From the NCBI RefSeq assembly GCF_022539665.2, contig NC_081331.1, positions 7,130,001-7,194,000 of the forward strand: 64,000 bases of DNA. Direction: 5' to 3'. Position 1 is the stretch's first letter. The number at the start of each line of letters is the position of its first letter. Position numbers and translations under genes: made by a program. This DNA is from Daphnia carinata (lineage: Eukaryota). The notes beneath the pieces are model-generated. The model saw only the letters and a list, made by a program, of their open reading frames with translations, ran no database searches and was not told the origin of the DNA. This document shows positions 42,343 to 55,033 of this stretch, in pieces.

Positions 42343-45300
42343 TTTTGTTTTGAGCCAAGAAATAAAAAAAAGAAGAAAACTAATCAACCGGTGTTCTGGC
42401 CATTTAACGTACGTACGGGAGGAACAAAAAAAAAAAGAACAAGAGAGAATTTAAACGAACGAATTTGAACTGTTGGCTTTCGTCGCGTGTTGCGCATTTG
42501 AGAGAAAACGATTCAAATGATTCGAATGGCTTTGATTATGGGTTGGCCTTTTCATTAGATTTTTTCGATTAAAACGAAAAACATTTGAAAACATAGAAAA
42601 ATAAATCGATTCTTACTAATGTTCGTTTTGTTGCTTCAAAAAAAAAAAACAAAAAAAAAAAACAGGCACGCCAATTACTCGTTTGCCTATCATGGCTAAA
42701 CAGGTGTTGGATTTGTACGAGTTGTACAACCTGGTGGTGGCTCGCGGTGGACTCGTCGACGTCATCAACAAGAAACTGTGGCAAGAAATCATCAAAGGCC
42801 TACACCTGCCGTCGTCCATCACATCTGCCGCTTTTACCCTGCGCACTCAGTAAGTTATTTTAACCGTCACTTCGTTTTTGTTTCTTTTCCAGGTCGTAAG
42901 AATCGATCGTTTTCCTTCTTTTCCTTTTATTATTTGTATTTGTCGATTTTTAATTCTCTACTTGGATTCGTTTGCTCTTTTTTTTTTTTTTTTTATTTTA
43001 TTTTCTTGGTGTTTTTTCCCCGCTGAGTTTCGACCGTTTGGCGGCACATCGGCAATAAAACAAAAAAAAAAGGAAGGAAAAAAAAAAAAAAAAAATCTGA
43101 AAACATGAAGAAAAGACACCCAAGCAGTTGCTAACGATATGTCTTCCATGATCCTCCTCATCTCTTGATTTACGTACTAGCACTTGGAGAGAAGCTCGTT
43201 TTTATTTCTCTTCTTCTTCCCTTTTAGCCGCTTGCAGCTATTGCCTCAACTCGGTAGGGAGTCTGGGCCCCCCTCCCCCTTCTCCTCCTTATATATATAT
43301 TTTATTTTATTTCAAAAAGCCCCGCGCGCTAAAACAAAACGCAGCGAAAAAACACAAAACAAAAAACAGAACGAGACGAGTTGAGAAAAGGAAATTAAAC
43401 GCAGTAGATACAACAGACAGTTTGAGAAGAAGAAGAAGAGACCATTTCGGGGTGGTCACATTTAAATAACAGGCCATCGCTTTTCCGGGCCTTTTTTTTT
43501 TTTTTTTTTTTTCTATTCCTTTTAAATGCGATTGTACCGAGTCTGTACATATCCGAAACTACCGGGCCAAGCGCATTCATCCATCCGTCCATCGAGTCCT
43601 TTTTTTTTTTTTTTTCAGTTCACCTACCCCTCCTTGGAAAAACATTAGATTGTCCCCTTCCTTCTGGACTCACCTACTCCGCCCTCTTGGTAGATATTTG
43701 ATGATGGTATATATATCGTGTGTATATGTATATATATATGTATGCCTATGTCTGCATATGTGTGTGTGTGTATATATATATCGAGGTAGGCAGACTGGTT
43801 AAGAGAACTCGAAAAAAATAAAGAGGAGACGACCAGACCAAGGGGAAACAAAAGACTAGCGGTGGAAGGTCAATTATAGACCGGCACTAGTCGAGATAAA
43901 TAGCACATCATTCCAACAGAGACAAGGTCTCTCTTTCTCTCTTCAGATATACTTTTTTTTTATTATTCTCCTTCCTCCTCCTCCTCCTCCTTCTTCTTCT
44001 TCTTCGTCTTCCCAATATGTAGATTTATATCCTTTTTTTTCTTTCGTATTGCCGATTTTGAAAAACTTTGAAAGAATGAGAGAAGGAGGAACGAGCTGTA
44101 GGTAAAGGGAAAAAAGAAATTAAAGAATACAAAAAAAAAAACAAGAAGAAGAAGAGGAGGAATGGAAGAAAAAGCGTTGCGATGTTTGAATTTTCCACGC
44201 GCGCTGTCATATGCGCTCTGCTGCTGCGCTGCAAACGACCTGGCGCCAATAACAATATATCTTGGGCGCCGCGTAAACCATTACGTGCTTCGTCAGTTCA
44301 TTATTACCTTTGATGGCTCGCGAGGCTTTAGATACCTAACGTGCAAGGAATCGCACGTAGAACGAGAGAGGTCGAGGGTGGGATTTCCTCTTCTACAATT
44401 TCTCTTTTTTATTATTATTCCCCCCCCCCCCTTGTTTTTTTTTTTTTTTTTTTTTTTTCTGGGCGTCTTTCACGTTCAACAACATTTTCGGGACTGTTCT
44501 TCTTCATTTTGTTAACGTCTTCATCGTTGGCCCGAAGTACTCGAGCTACTTGCCTGCTACCAGCGTTTGTGTTTTGACTTTATTCTTTCCTTTGTTATTT
44601 AATCACCCCCCCCCCCCCCCATCTTTTTTTTTTTTTTGGAAGTGAATATCCTAATTTATTATTTTTCTTTTCTTTTTGTTTTTTTCTTTCTTTTTTTTAA
44701 AGGTACATGAAGTATTTGTATCCGTACGAATGCGAGAAGGAAAAATACAGTTCGCCAAACGAACTGCAAGCCGCTATTGACGGAAATCGGCGAGAGGGAC
44801 GTCGATCCAGTTACGGCGCCTACGCCGATTTGGTTCCTCGCGGTAACGGCGGAGGCGGCGGATCGAACGGAGGTGGCGGCGGCGGAGGAAACGTCTCTGG
44901 AGCCGCCCAGCACGCCGCCTCTCTCAGCGCTCTCGCTTCACACATGTCGCATATGTCGCCGCTGAGTCTCGTCTCGCGCCCGTCAGCCCTCAACGGAAAC
45001 GGCCACCATCATCGACCAGGTAGCGCATCATTGCCATTTATTTTTATTTAATTTTCCCCCCATTCTCCTCCTTTAAAAGGGGGGGGGGGGGTTTGATTAA
45101 TGGTGTCCTGAAGCGGTGCACAAAAAAAAAAAAAAAATGAAAATAAGCCAAGTGGTTCATGGGCCTACACCGCTAATGAATGGACTTAAAATAATTATGA
45201 ATCAGACTGGACGAGAATGTTGAGTGGAAACCTCCGAAAGCCATTTGGAATGGCCGCGAATCGTTGTTATAAAAAAAAAAAAGAGTTAAAAAAAAGAAAA

Positions 45301-45415
45301 GTACGAAAAAGGATGGAAGGAACGTTTGAAAATGATCGGTTAATGACGGAACGGAGTAAGCAAGTGGCCGCTCGGTGGAATGACCGCGCGCGTCCCGATG
45401 CCACGCGGCTCGCAA

Positions 45416-45448
<33 letters not shown>

Positions 45449-47738
45449 CCAAGGCGAAGCGCGCACAGGAGTTAAATAGAGCCGGCGTCAGTTATAGTAG
45501 TAGCCACGACCATTTCATGCGTATTAACTGGGCGCAACTCATTTCATTTTTCTCTCTCTTTCTTTCTGTTTCTCTTACTTTTTTTTTTTTTCTTTCCTGC
45601 TTACTTATTTATGCGATGATTTACATAGCCTCATTATCCATCTCTTTCTTATTTCTTTTCATTCGTCTCTCTGTCCATCTAGCCTTTCCATTCTCGGGAG
45701 CTTTTTTTTTTTTTTTTAAATGAAAAAAATATTCCTTAGTTGTTTTTTTTTTTTTTTTTTTTCACGATATAAAATGGCCCGCTCGTCTCTTGTCTGCGTG
45801 TGTTATGGCCACCTCTTTTGAGACGTAACAAATAAAGAAAACGAACGAAGCGAGCGCAAGAAGAGAAGAGAGAGAGAGAGAGAGAGATAAGAAAAAGGCG
45901 GGAGAGAGCCAGGCAGACGGAGGGAACGCGTCTATATCGTACAGAGGGAAGAATGAATAAGAGAGAGAGAGAGAGAGAGGCAAGGGTTTGAATAATTTGA
46001 GAGTAATTATGGTGCGCGGCCGTTATGTGGGAAGCGGTCGCGCAATCAGCCCGTTCACTCGTCCCCATAATCCTCAACACAGTATGTTTATTACAGAAAT
46101 GTACAAAGACATATTTCAAGCAACTATGGGGCCATAGATATGCATACTGCAGCTCTCTACATGTGTAATATGTATGTGTGTATTTATACACATCCTGTAA
46201 GAGGCCATGCAAACGTTGGGTCATCAAGAGACACGACCCTCGAAAAAAAGAAAAGTCTTAAGCGGCTAGTTATGGCAGGATTGGGGCGAGAGTGGCCGTC
46301 TGTTGAATGAGAATTAAAGAAGAAGAAGAAAAAAAAAACATGGGTCGGAGACGACAAGCTAGTAAGGAAATGGCATTTGTTAGTCGTTAGTTGAAAGGCG
46401 GAAAAAAAAAGAGAAAAGAAAAGTGCGAGACAAGCCGAGTCCCACAAATCACGCGCCGGATCATTTATATCCGATTCGTCTTGACTTTGTGAATGTGCGT
46501 GTGTGTGTGTGTGTGTGGTGTGCCCCAATGTTGCTCACCTCCGACACGTCCTCCTCCTCGCAATGGCACATTTCAGTCCGCTTCGAAATTGAGCAGTGGG
46601 TCCGAGGCATTATTTATGAGCCTGCTCACGGTGATCGGAGCACGCAGTTTCCCGGAATGACCACAGCCATTCTTTTCTTTAGTCGTTTTTAGCTCTTTTT
46701 CTCAGCTTTTGTTTTGCTCGCTGCGAAGGTAAAAACCATCATTTTTCGAGTGATTTACGATTCAATTTATGCACTTGAGACTTTTGGTGGGGGGAGCTGA
46801 CGTGGCCAGCCCCAACTGCCGACACGCTGGGCCACCCGTCAGGTTCTCAAGTCGTCGAGAAAGAAAGAAAAAAAAAAAGAAAACGATCGCACACAATGAC
46901 CATTTCGATAGATTCAGGTGGGCAAACGACGTGGTGGAACATTATGCATCGCGAAGATTGTAGTTTTGCCCCCCCCCCCCTTCAGCGTACACGTAGCAAG
47001 CAAGCACATGCGTCCTACCCTTACGTGAACTTCGGTGCGCTTTACTCTGACAACTCGTTGACGAAGATTGCGCCGCTCGAAATTTACGACTCTTTGCACT
47101 GGTGGGAGAGACAGAGAGAGAGAGAGACGGGACGTGGGACACGCTGCCCCTTTTTTAGGTGCTCCATAATATTGCGTTGTGTGTTGAAGGGTATGCACGT
47201 GTGGTGCAAGTGAGGGGGAAAAAAAAAAAAGAAAAGAAGAAGAAACACTGGCGGAATCGAAAGGTAGTTATGGCGACGCTACAAACCAAATGGTGTAATA
47301 ACGGCCCCCCCCTCTCTCTCTCTCTCTCTTCTTCTCCCGGTATCTATCATTCCCTCTCGCTTTCCCAAGTCCAACTCGTTTCCAGCAATCCTTTTTGTTC
47401 CGAACGCCTGATTTACGACTGTCATTATCCGTTAATTACAATGGTTATGACTTCTCTTCACCATGCGCGGAATACCAATACTCGGCCGAACAGTGACCTG
47501 GGCCGTGCACACACACTTGCAGGCCGCCGATTTACATTCTCCAGCCCGAAACGCCCGTTTATAGTGGGAAAACGACCCAACACTTAATCTTTTTTTTTCT
47601 TCTTCTTCTTCTTCTTCTTCTTCCTTTCTTTCCTTTTTCTTACGAAACTATTAAAAATAGAAAAGTCGAACAGTCCGTTTCTTTTTGTTTTCGATACCTT
47701 TCCCATCACACAATCAGGCCGGATACTTGAACCCGTCA

Positions 47739-47778
<40 letters not shown>

Positions 47779-49573
47779 CAATTAACGACTCGATCCCTCG
47801 AGTCGATGTGATGACTGGGCCAGACATTTAGCTACTTATATAGACACAAATTTTCTTTTTTCTTGACTGGTGTATACGTTTTTTTTTGTTTTTGTTTTTT
47901 TCCTGTCTCGATTTCAAATGGCTACCGCAACCAGGAAGCCGCTAGCGCAGTACGACTATTTTTTTTTTTTTGGACGAATGATGTGGCGTGACGAACGTAC
48001 GCTTACCACCCCCCTCTGTCTGCCTCGTTCGTAAAAAGAAAAAAAAAAGGATACCGTATATTTATTAAGAAATGCAGAAAGCTATCAAGCAAAGTAATAG
48101 CTCGTGATAAATTTAGGATCCCGGAAGAGAGAGAGAGAGAGAGAGCCGAGTGTTTTATTTTGTTAGCAAGTTGCGCTTGCAGCCAAGAAAATCATAATAA
48201 TAAAAATGAAAACTGAAGACATGTGGTGGGCTATATAATCGTCCGTTTCACGGTCACAATCGTTTTTTTTTTTTCTTTCTCTTTAAAATGATGATGGAAA
48301 TCTGAGCAATGTGTTCAACGTTTCATGGTTCTTTTTTTTTTATTTTTATGATTTGTTTTTGCCGACGTTCGACGTAGGATCGGATTCGCCGCCCAGTCAA
48401 TCGCCCCACGAAGCTCTGGCCGAGTTGAACATGTCACGCATCCACCTGTGGAATATCTACAACAGCTTGGGCGGTGACGTCGGAGGAGACATGGCCGCCG
48501 CTATGGCCGCCGCCTCGCGCTTCCTTCCACAGACAGCCGCTACTGCCGGCACGGGATCTTCGGGATCACAGCCGCCTCAAACGGAGGCTCTCAACCTGGC
48601 TGCGGAACAACACGCTGCCGCCCAAGCAGCCGCCGCCGCTGCTGCCGCCCGTGCCCTCGAGCTCAACAAAGAGAACAAGGTACGAGATGAATACATCGAT
48701 GAAACGATTGGAATGCGATGGTTGATTTATATGCATTCCTTTTTGGGGGGTTGCGTGAATAGGACAAGGATCGCGAATCGAGCGGACAGAAAAGCCGACG
48801 CGAGCGGAAGGAGGAAGAGCGCGAGAAACGGGATCGTGATCGCAGCTACGAACTACACGAAGATCGCTCCCAGTCGTCGATTCGCATTAAAGAGGAATCG
48901 CTCATGCAAGATGGTCCGCCGGCCAGCAAGCGCCTCCTTCTCGACGACGATGTCAGTCTCAACATGCGAATGACGCCCATTGGACTGCCCGGAGCCAACA
49001 TTAAAATTACCAGCAGAGGTATGTTGCCCGAGCGAAATTGTGGCTTAGAAACAAAAAACAAAAAAAAAAATGGTGGGAAATTGGGTATTTAAAAAAAGAA
49101 AAAGAAAAATAAATTGAGCAGTGGTAGAAACGAAAAAAAAAAAATGAGTTTTTCTCATTTTATTTTTACTTTGACAAAGTCAAAGTCGTTTCTATGAGCG
49201 GCTAGGATAACGGGAGTAATCATTAGCTAATGTTGCCATTTGGTAGTTGAAATTTTTTATTATTATTTATTTATTTATTTTTTTTACTTTAAGAAACTTG
49301 CTGCATAATAACTCAAGGACTTGTTGACATTCTCACGAGCAATTTTCTCTCTTCAACATTCGTGGTCTATTGTTCGTGATTATCATTTACATTTTTTTTT
49401 TTCCATTTCTGTTTTTGTTTTTCTTAGGCGACACGCGCACAAATGACAATTCTCTAGTGGTCAGTATGGAGATCAACGGCATCGTTTACCAAGGTGTTCT
49501 GTTCGCCCAAGCGGCCGCTGCCGCTGCTGCCGCCACTGCTGCCTTGACACCTGCGCGAGGTCGATTAGCCTAG
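8060..49573 (+). CDS. retn: Dead ringer/retained ARID3-family transcription factor, nine coding exons, ~792-818 aa after repairing one frame break
   Basis: Exons 8060(or 8138)-8173, 18466-18567, 21546-22507, 38953-39025, 42666-42849, 44703-45019, 48378-48679, 48763-49018, 49428-49573. All junctions are GT-AG and phase-compatible. The spliced eARID reads WTFEEQFKQ/LYELNDDAGRKAFLDELFDFMQKRG/TPITRLPIMAKQVLDLYELYNLVVARGGLVDVINKKLWQEIIKGLHLPSSITSAAFTLRTQ/YMKYLYPYECEKEKYSSPNELQAAIDGNRREGRRSSYG. C-terminal REKLES-type ANIKITSRG/D...SLVVSMEINGIVYQGVLFAQ. Confidence 0.93.
18466..18567 (+). CDS. retn: ARID3 exon 2, acidic segment
   Basis: Long pyrimidine tract + CAG acceptor; SDGEGDSSDNLDRDDSSDDGDLDDGVGNDQLKRQ; donor GTATCG; 102 nt, phase 0-0. 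Confidence 0.72.
21546..22507 (+). CDS. retn: ARID3 exon 3 (Gly/Ser/Gln/Ala-rich, ends WTFEEQFKQ), one base short near 22040-22056
   Basis: ORFs 21558+ and 22163+ are in different frames but join if one base is added. Donor GTAAGT at 22508. Confidence 0.85.
38953..39025 (+). CDS. retn: ARID3 exon 4 (start of ARID)
   Basis: TTGCAG acceptor; LYELNDDAGRKAFLDELFDFMQKRG; donor GTAGGA. Confidence 0.93.
42666..42849 (+). CDS. retn: ARID3 exon 5 (ARID core)
   Basis: TPITRLPIMAKQVLDLYELYNLVVARGGLVDVINKKLWQEIIKGLHLPSSITSAAFTLRT; donor GTAAGT. Missed by the ORF track. Confidence 0.95.
44703..45019 (+). CDS. retn: ARID3 exon 6 (end of extended ARID)
   Basis: YMKYLYPYECEKEKYSSPNELQAAIDGNRREGRRSSYG...HHHRP; phase 2 in, phase 1 out. 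Confidence 0.93.
48378..49573 (+). CDS. retn: ARID3 exons 7-9 (48378-48679, 48763-49018, 49428-49573), REKLES region and stop
   Basis: Phase-consistent junctions; EALNLAAEQH, poly-Ala, IKEE SUMO-type motif, ANIKITSRGD, SLVVSMEINGIVYQGVLFAQ; TAG at 49571-49573. Confidence 0.9.
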
Positions 49574-52500
49574 ATGGCCTTCCATCACACGCATCCATCT
49601 TCAGCCTTCACCAAGCGTTTATCTCTCGCTCTTTTTCTCTCTTTCATATCGACACATATTTTTTTGCCTTCTTTTTCTTCTTCTTCCGTGTCGTTTTTTT
49701 TTCTTTTTTCAACAGTCTGTCTCAAAATCGCGTCTGTCTCAATTCACATAAATCCCAGATTTTGACCGGAATCCATTGCCCAAGACGAATGATCAACATT
49801 TATTTGCCAGGAACCTCTGGTAACGTTTTTCTTTTGTTTTTGTTTTTTCTCTCTTTCGCCCAGCCATTTGCCTACCCCTCCTCCCACCTCAGTTGCGTCA
49901 CATTTTGGTTTGTCGTTCAGCGATTTCATTTTTTTTTTTTTTTTTTTTAATTTCAAAACTGGAGCAAAGAGTCAGTTATTTCACAAGACGAGTGTAGTAG
50001 ATCTGTTGGGTATTCAATTTTTCTTTTTCTTTTCGTTTCTTTCGTCGCCATACAAGTTGGGTATGATAATCAAGTCGAATGACGAAATGGCATTCATCGT
50101 TTCGAACAAGACGGAAAAACGTTACCCACCTCCCTCCTCCGACACGATTCATACTAGTTGCAGATGACGACCGCGATGATGATGATGATGATAATGATGT
50201 CTCATCATCATTATTTGCCCTTGTCTCCAAAAACAAAACAAAAAATGAAAAAAAAAAAAAAAAATGAAACAAAGGGAGGATGAAAAAAAAAATCATGAAT
50301 TTCTATTTTTGTTTTGGGTATTCTTTTCTTATTTCTCTTCGTGTCTCGTATGTAGAATGTCAATTTATAAAAACCCGTACATGGCGACAAATATCACAAG
50401 TTGCGCATCATCACTGTCGAATGGAATCGCCCATTGTCTTTAGCGTGTTCGTTTATTATTCGTTTTCACCGTTTATGTAGCATCAGAGCAGATCGAACAA
50501 AGAGGGCCGTAGCTAAGGGCTCTAAAGTGCAATGTTTTAAGAAGAAGAAAAAAATCAAAATAGATTGAGTGTGTATGGAGATTGTTCCAGCCGCCCCCCC
50601 CCCTTTTTTTTTTCTTAGTTTTAGTGTTTCCTTGAATCCGCATCACTTTCTCTATCTCTTCTGCCACCACCTTATTCTTCGTTGAAAATGACGAGTGGAA
50701 CGGTTGATTCAAAAGACAAAAGTATACAAGAATGAAAATATGAATGGAATCGATATTTCTATTAAGGTCGTAGATCTCAGGGACTGACTTTTTTTTCATT
50801 TTTTTTTTTTTCATTACAAACCTTTGGGTTAAAAAAAAATTATGTGAGTAATAAAAAAAAAACAATCAGAAATCAACTAAAAACAGACTATCTATGAATA
50901 AATGATAGTGTGTGAAGAGGGCGAATCTACGATTGTGCGTTACCCTCAACGTTTATATATTTTTTTTTTTTTTTTGCGGAATCCGGATTTCCCGCGGAAG
51001 GAGAGCGCGTATTTGTAAACAAAACTCCGCCTCCCTCACCACAAAAACTCTTTTTCTCCTTGTTCTCTCTCTATTGCGGCCGGAAGCATATCCCTCACTA
51101 CCCAAAGCTCTCCATTTTCTCTAATGTTTTCCCTTCGTCGATCGAGTATAGCAACTTCTTAAAGCATATTAGTATATTTTTTTTTATTTTTTTTTCCTTT
51201 TGTTGTTGCTGGATTCGTTATCTATAGTGTCTCTTTCTGTTTATGTTTTGCTGTCTTCACAGTGTTCCCATTTAGAGCGAAGTAGCTCATTCGTCAATTA
51301 TTTGTCATGATCTTTTCCTTTTTTTTTTTTTTTTTTTTTTCTTAACTGTGTGCTGCGGTTTATTATTATTTTTTCTTTCGGGAAACGACGTACTTGTCCG
51401 TTTTATTTACATTTTCCACCCCCCCCCCATGACCTTTATTTCATTTTTGTTGAATGAATCTGGCTGGTATTTTCAGTGACAGCCGAAGTTGTATGCCTAT
51501 ATCTTCCTTCCTCTTCAATTGATTAGTATTATTATAATTAATTATTCATACCCGAATGAGGCGCCATTTGTTTTGAAAATCACGTCTTCGAGTTCTACAT
51601 TTTCGATTACTAATCAACAACGACTGAATAGTATCACACACAAGGGCTGTTTTGGCTGGCCACGATCAAACGAAAATCTCCAAGTGCCTTTTTTTTGTCT
51701 TTGTTTATGTTCAGGATCCAATTCACAACAGTCTTTGCCAGTTTCTTGTGTGTGAATTCTAATCGACCTCTCCCCCTACTTCCCATCTTTCCCCCTTTAG
51801 TTTTACTATATTTTTAATTAGTTTTCGATGATTATGTTCTCTCTCTGTCTCTACAACATCTGTTCCAGTGCGTATGTGCGTGTGTCCGTTTGTGTATGAA
51901 TGTGTGTATGGCGAAAATGTTAAAGCGTATCTGAATTCTGGCTTCTACTGTTTGTTCAGTTTTCCCTTTTTTTTTCCCCACCGTCAATCACGTATCTTAT
52001 AGGTTATTTCTACTCTCCAAGTGTGTATAATAATACAACAGAAAAAACGTTTTAAAAATGAAGATTTTTGTTTTACATTGTCTTTTTATTTTTGTTTGAT
52101 TTTTAAAAAGCGACGCGTCTCCCACGCATTTTCAACATCTCGAAGGATTTATTTTTTTTTTTGTCTGCTGGTACTCTAATGATTTCGTTAACCGCTATTT
52201 GATTAACTACTCTTTCTCTTGATGGGAAAAAAAAGAGAACAAGCAGTTGTTGATGTTTTTAGCTTTGATTATAACTTGGAGCCATCCCGACGCAACTTAT
52301 TAGCAATCAGAATGAGTCATTGTCGAGGTTTCGCCTAGAGGCTCCGCTGTCGGCTCGTCCTTTTCGATGTTCATCTGTCACTTGACACCATTTGGCTAAG
52401 AATCACGAGACAGTCATTTCCATCAGTTACGGACACGCACAACACGGCCATCTTTATAAAGCAATTATACCTACACCAGGAGATTATCTACGTTAATATC

Positions 52501-52837
52501 AAAACACTTTTAACAGCCGGACGTTTTCACGGACGATTTTTTAAAACTGTTGTAACACGACATCGAGTCCCGCAATACGACCGGCATTGGTGGTACAGCA
52601 CGCAGGTATTTAATACACGAAATTATCCTCTCACGTTCTTTTATAAAAGGCTGTCATTCTATCGCATCCAATGAATATGTCATGACCAACGTACGTGTGT
52701 TAGGGACAGGTGACGTAAGCTCTAATTCCAAAACGTCCAGTTTGCAGAGTAAACAAAAGAACCACAAAACCAAACCAGAACCGACAACAACCTCCTCTTT
52801 GGATTGGTCAAAATTTGGCCACGGCACGATAAGGTTC

Positions 52838-53473
52838 ATGAGGTAAGTCGATAAGGTTTGTGTTTGCCCAAACTCATAACCGAGTTCGACAGTTTGCATT
52901 CGAGGTTGATTTCCAATGAAAGCCTACCAGACTAAAGGATAGTAAAAAACGAAAAGCGGCAATAACGCATCGGCCTTTCTGAGTTTTCGACGAGTAAAAA
53001 CCGAAGCGAGGGGTACCAACAAATCTTGAAAAACAGTTCCGAAAGATTAGATAAGTAACTTCACACTCAGATCTAAGACATGCCGAGGACGTAGTCGAAT
53101 GTTTGTCAAGGCGGCGATTCACTGCATTTCTCTCCATCACCATTTTTACTCTTCTTGCAGTGAATCGGAAAAGAGAACCGTTCAGGGAAAAGACGAAAAG
53201 TCATGAACTTGATTGTTCACGACCCTTCTTGGCTAATATTAAAGCCTTAACAAAAAAACCTCTTATCTTTTAATTTAGCTAGTTTTTGTACATTTTGTTT
53301 GGTCATACTGTATGTATTCGCTGTTGTTTTCCCTCTCTTGAGTTTGTTCGATGCGGTAAGTTTGACCATTCGGCAGGAACTCGAGCGACATCAAGAGTCA
53401 ATAGACATCGAGGATTTTCCGTTTTTTACAGATAAAGAAACTCGTGCGTCTCGCGCTGTAAAACAAATACCGG
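52838..53473 (+). other. Candidate (possibly pseudogenised) secreted-protein exons
   Basis: ATGAG|GTAAGT at 52838-52842 can splice in phase to TAG|T at 53283, giving MSFCTFCLVILYVFAVVFPLLSLFDAVSLTIRQELERHQESIDIEDFPFFTDKETRASRAVKQIP (hydrophobic leader, acidic segment, RxxR). Donor G|GTAAAT at 53474. No clean long downstream exon found. Confidence 0.25.
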
Positions 53474-54902
53474 GTAAATTTGTCAACCGATAATGCAAGC
53501 ATAACAAATGGACAGGCTACAGGCAATGAAAACAAATGTATTGTAACCATCGTTTCTCCTAAACCCAACGTGGAAATTGCTCAAACATTCACACAACGCG
53601 GCTTAACTTTTTTTACGACGATTTGGTGACAAGAAAGTAAGCTTTCCCCATCATTCATACTGCAATATGTTACGAAATTTTGTCCTGTTTCTTAGTGAAC
53701 GCAGGCTGCACATCGCCGAGTTCTTCTTCCTTTGAATTATAATGAACACTATTCTACGTTCCCCTGATCGTGGTTGACTATGGCCTTGACGTCGTAGTCT
53801 GGACAAATAACAACCTCTGGTGTAACTGATTGAATTTGCACAAGTATCATTAGAATTTTATGTTTATCTACTGCAGTTTGTGTTTGCCAACATAGAGCGC
53901 AAATGTCCACCGACCAGTCGTTGCTAACCAGCCAAAAGCCGTTATTTAAATAAGATGTGCAGGTTGGCATCACATCTTCCACCCAAACAAAGGGCAGTAA
54001 TGGTAAGGCCACGTAGTACGTTTAGAATTTCGGTACGACTAATTTGCTCCCCTCCTTTTGACTTCCCCTGGTTAAAAGGACTGTTTTTCTTTATTTAACA
54101 ATTGTTTCAAGACATTGTCGTGCAACGTTATATAGACTTGATGATATGCAGACAAATCTTTTCTATTCTATGGTTACTGGCGCGTGGAAAACAGTTTTTT
54201 AAGCGATTGCACAGTGTTTCTCCTTTTCTCGCACAGTTAAACAACGAGACGCGTATGTTAACTTACTAGTTGAAGTTAGCTCAAATTTATGTTTCAAAAT
54301 GTTTAATTTTAAAATGAGACGATTGATAGAAAGTTTACAATTGCTGCAGGATGTCAAATTGATTTGTTTTTATCACACATATGAAAACGCACGTTGGAGA
54401 TGCGTCATTAAAATACTGTAAGATAGAACGTTAGTGGCTGTTTGACCTAAGATAACTAATGCATCCTTAACGTTTTATAGTACGATCGGGGTTTGGTATT
54501 TGTTTCAATGACTAAATTTTACTACTGATTTTGATACAATTGCGTTTTTACGACGATTGGCCTACTATACAAGAAGGAAAACTATATAATTGTACCCCAA
54601 AGTTTTCCTCAAGTTGCTTTGCACTAGCATAAGAATTCATCTGGCAACGAATTCAAATATCAAATGGAAGGACTGGGACTGGGCGAATACTTACGTATCT
54701 TCTATACCTTTTATCCAAAAAAAATAACATGAGAATGATATGATCTATGATCTTAGTTTACAAAAATGGTGTGTTCGTATTTAGGCGAATTCTGAATAAA
54801 CTTTTCTTTAAATTAAAAATAGACGTTGTGTGGAGTGACCCGATTTAATTTAGTACGACCTGTACTAAGTGCGATTGAGTTTGAAGGTTCCTACAGTAGG
54901 AT

Positions 54903-54913
54903 GCCATCTAGTG
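54903..54913 (-). promoter_or_regulatory. CTCF-like motif upstream of PIGBOS1-like gene
   Basis: GCCATCTAGTG = reverse complement CACTAGATGGC, matching the CTCF core as recalled. Confidence 0.4.
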
Positions 54914-55033
54914 TCAAAATAATGTAGCTTTGCTTGATAACATAAATCTGCCAACAACATCCAAAAGCAAAGAGTCGAATAACAAGTGCAACCTTAACGA
55001 AACATTTCCGACAGTTTCTTCGTACAAGGTAAT

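Larger units (their letters stand above)
6600..52230. repeat. Low-complexity domain: dense A/T and G/C homopolymers and (GT)n, (GA)n, (CTT)n, (TA)n microsatellites
   Basis: Directly visible throughout the ARID3 introns, 5' region and 3' UTR. Essentially absent from 1-5.1 kb and 52.3-64 kb. Confidence 0.9.

Noticed and set aside
19459..49337. Su(H)/CSL sites YGTGRGAA (19459, 26028, 30624, 46026, 49330)
   Set aside because: Dispersed and unpaired; a rough estimate puts this count near chance for this length.
49574..49765. In-frame ORF directly after the ARID3 stop (TAG-ATG), suggesting readthrough or reinitiation
   Set aside because: UAG-A is a weak readthrough context, and the extension is T-rich, low-complexity, UTR-like sequence.
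6586..51755. Hundreds of 60-180 aa ORFs rich in poly-F, poly-K, poly-P/G, CVCV, LSLS, THTH
   Set aside because: They are translations of homopolymers and microsatellites in ARID3 introns and UTRs. Only the nine exons listed have homology or phase support.
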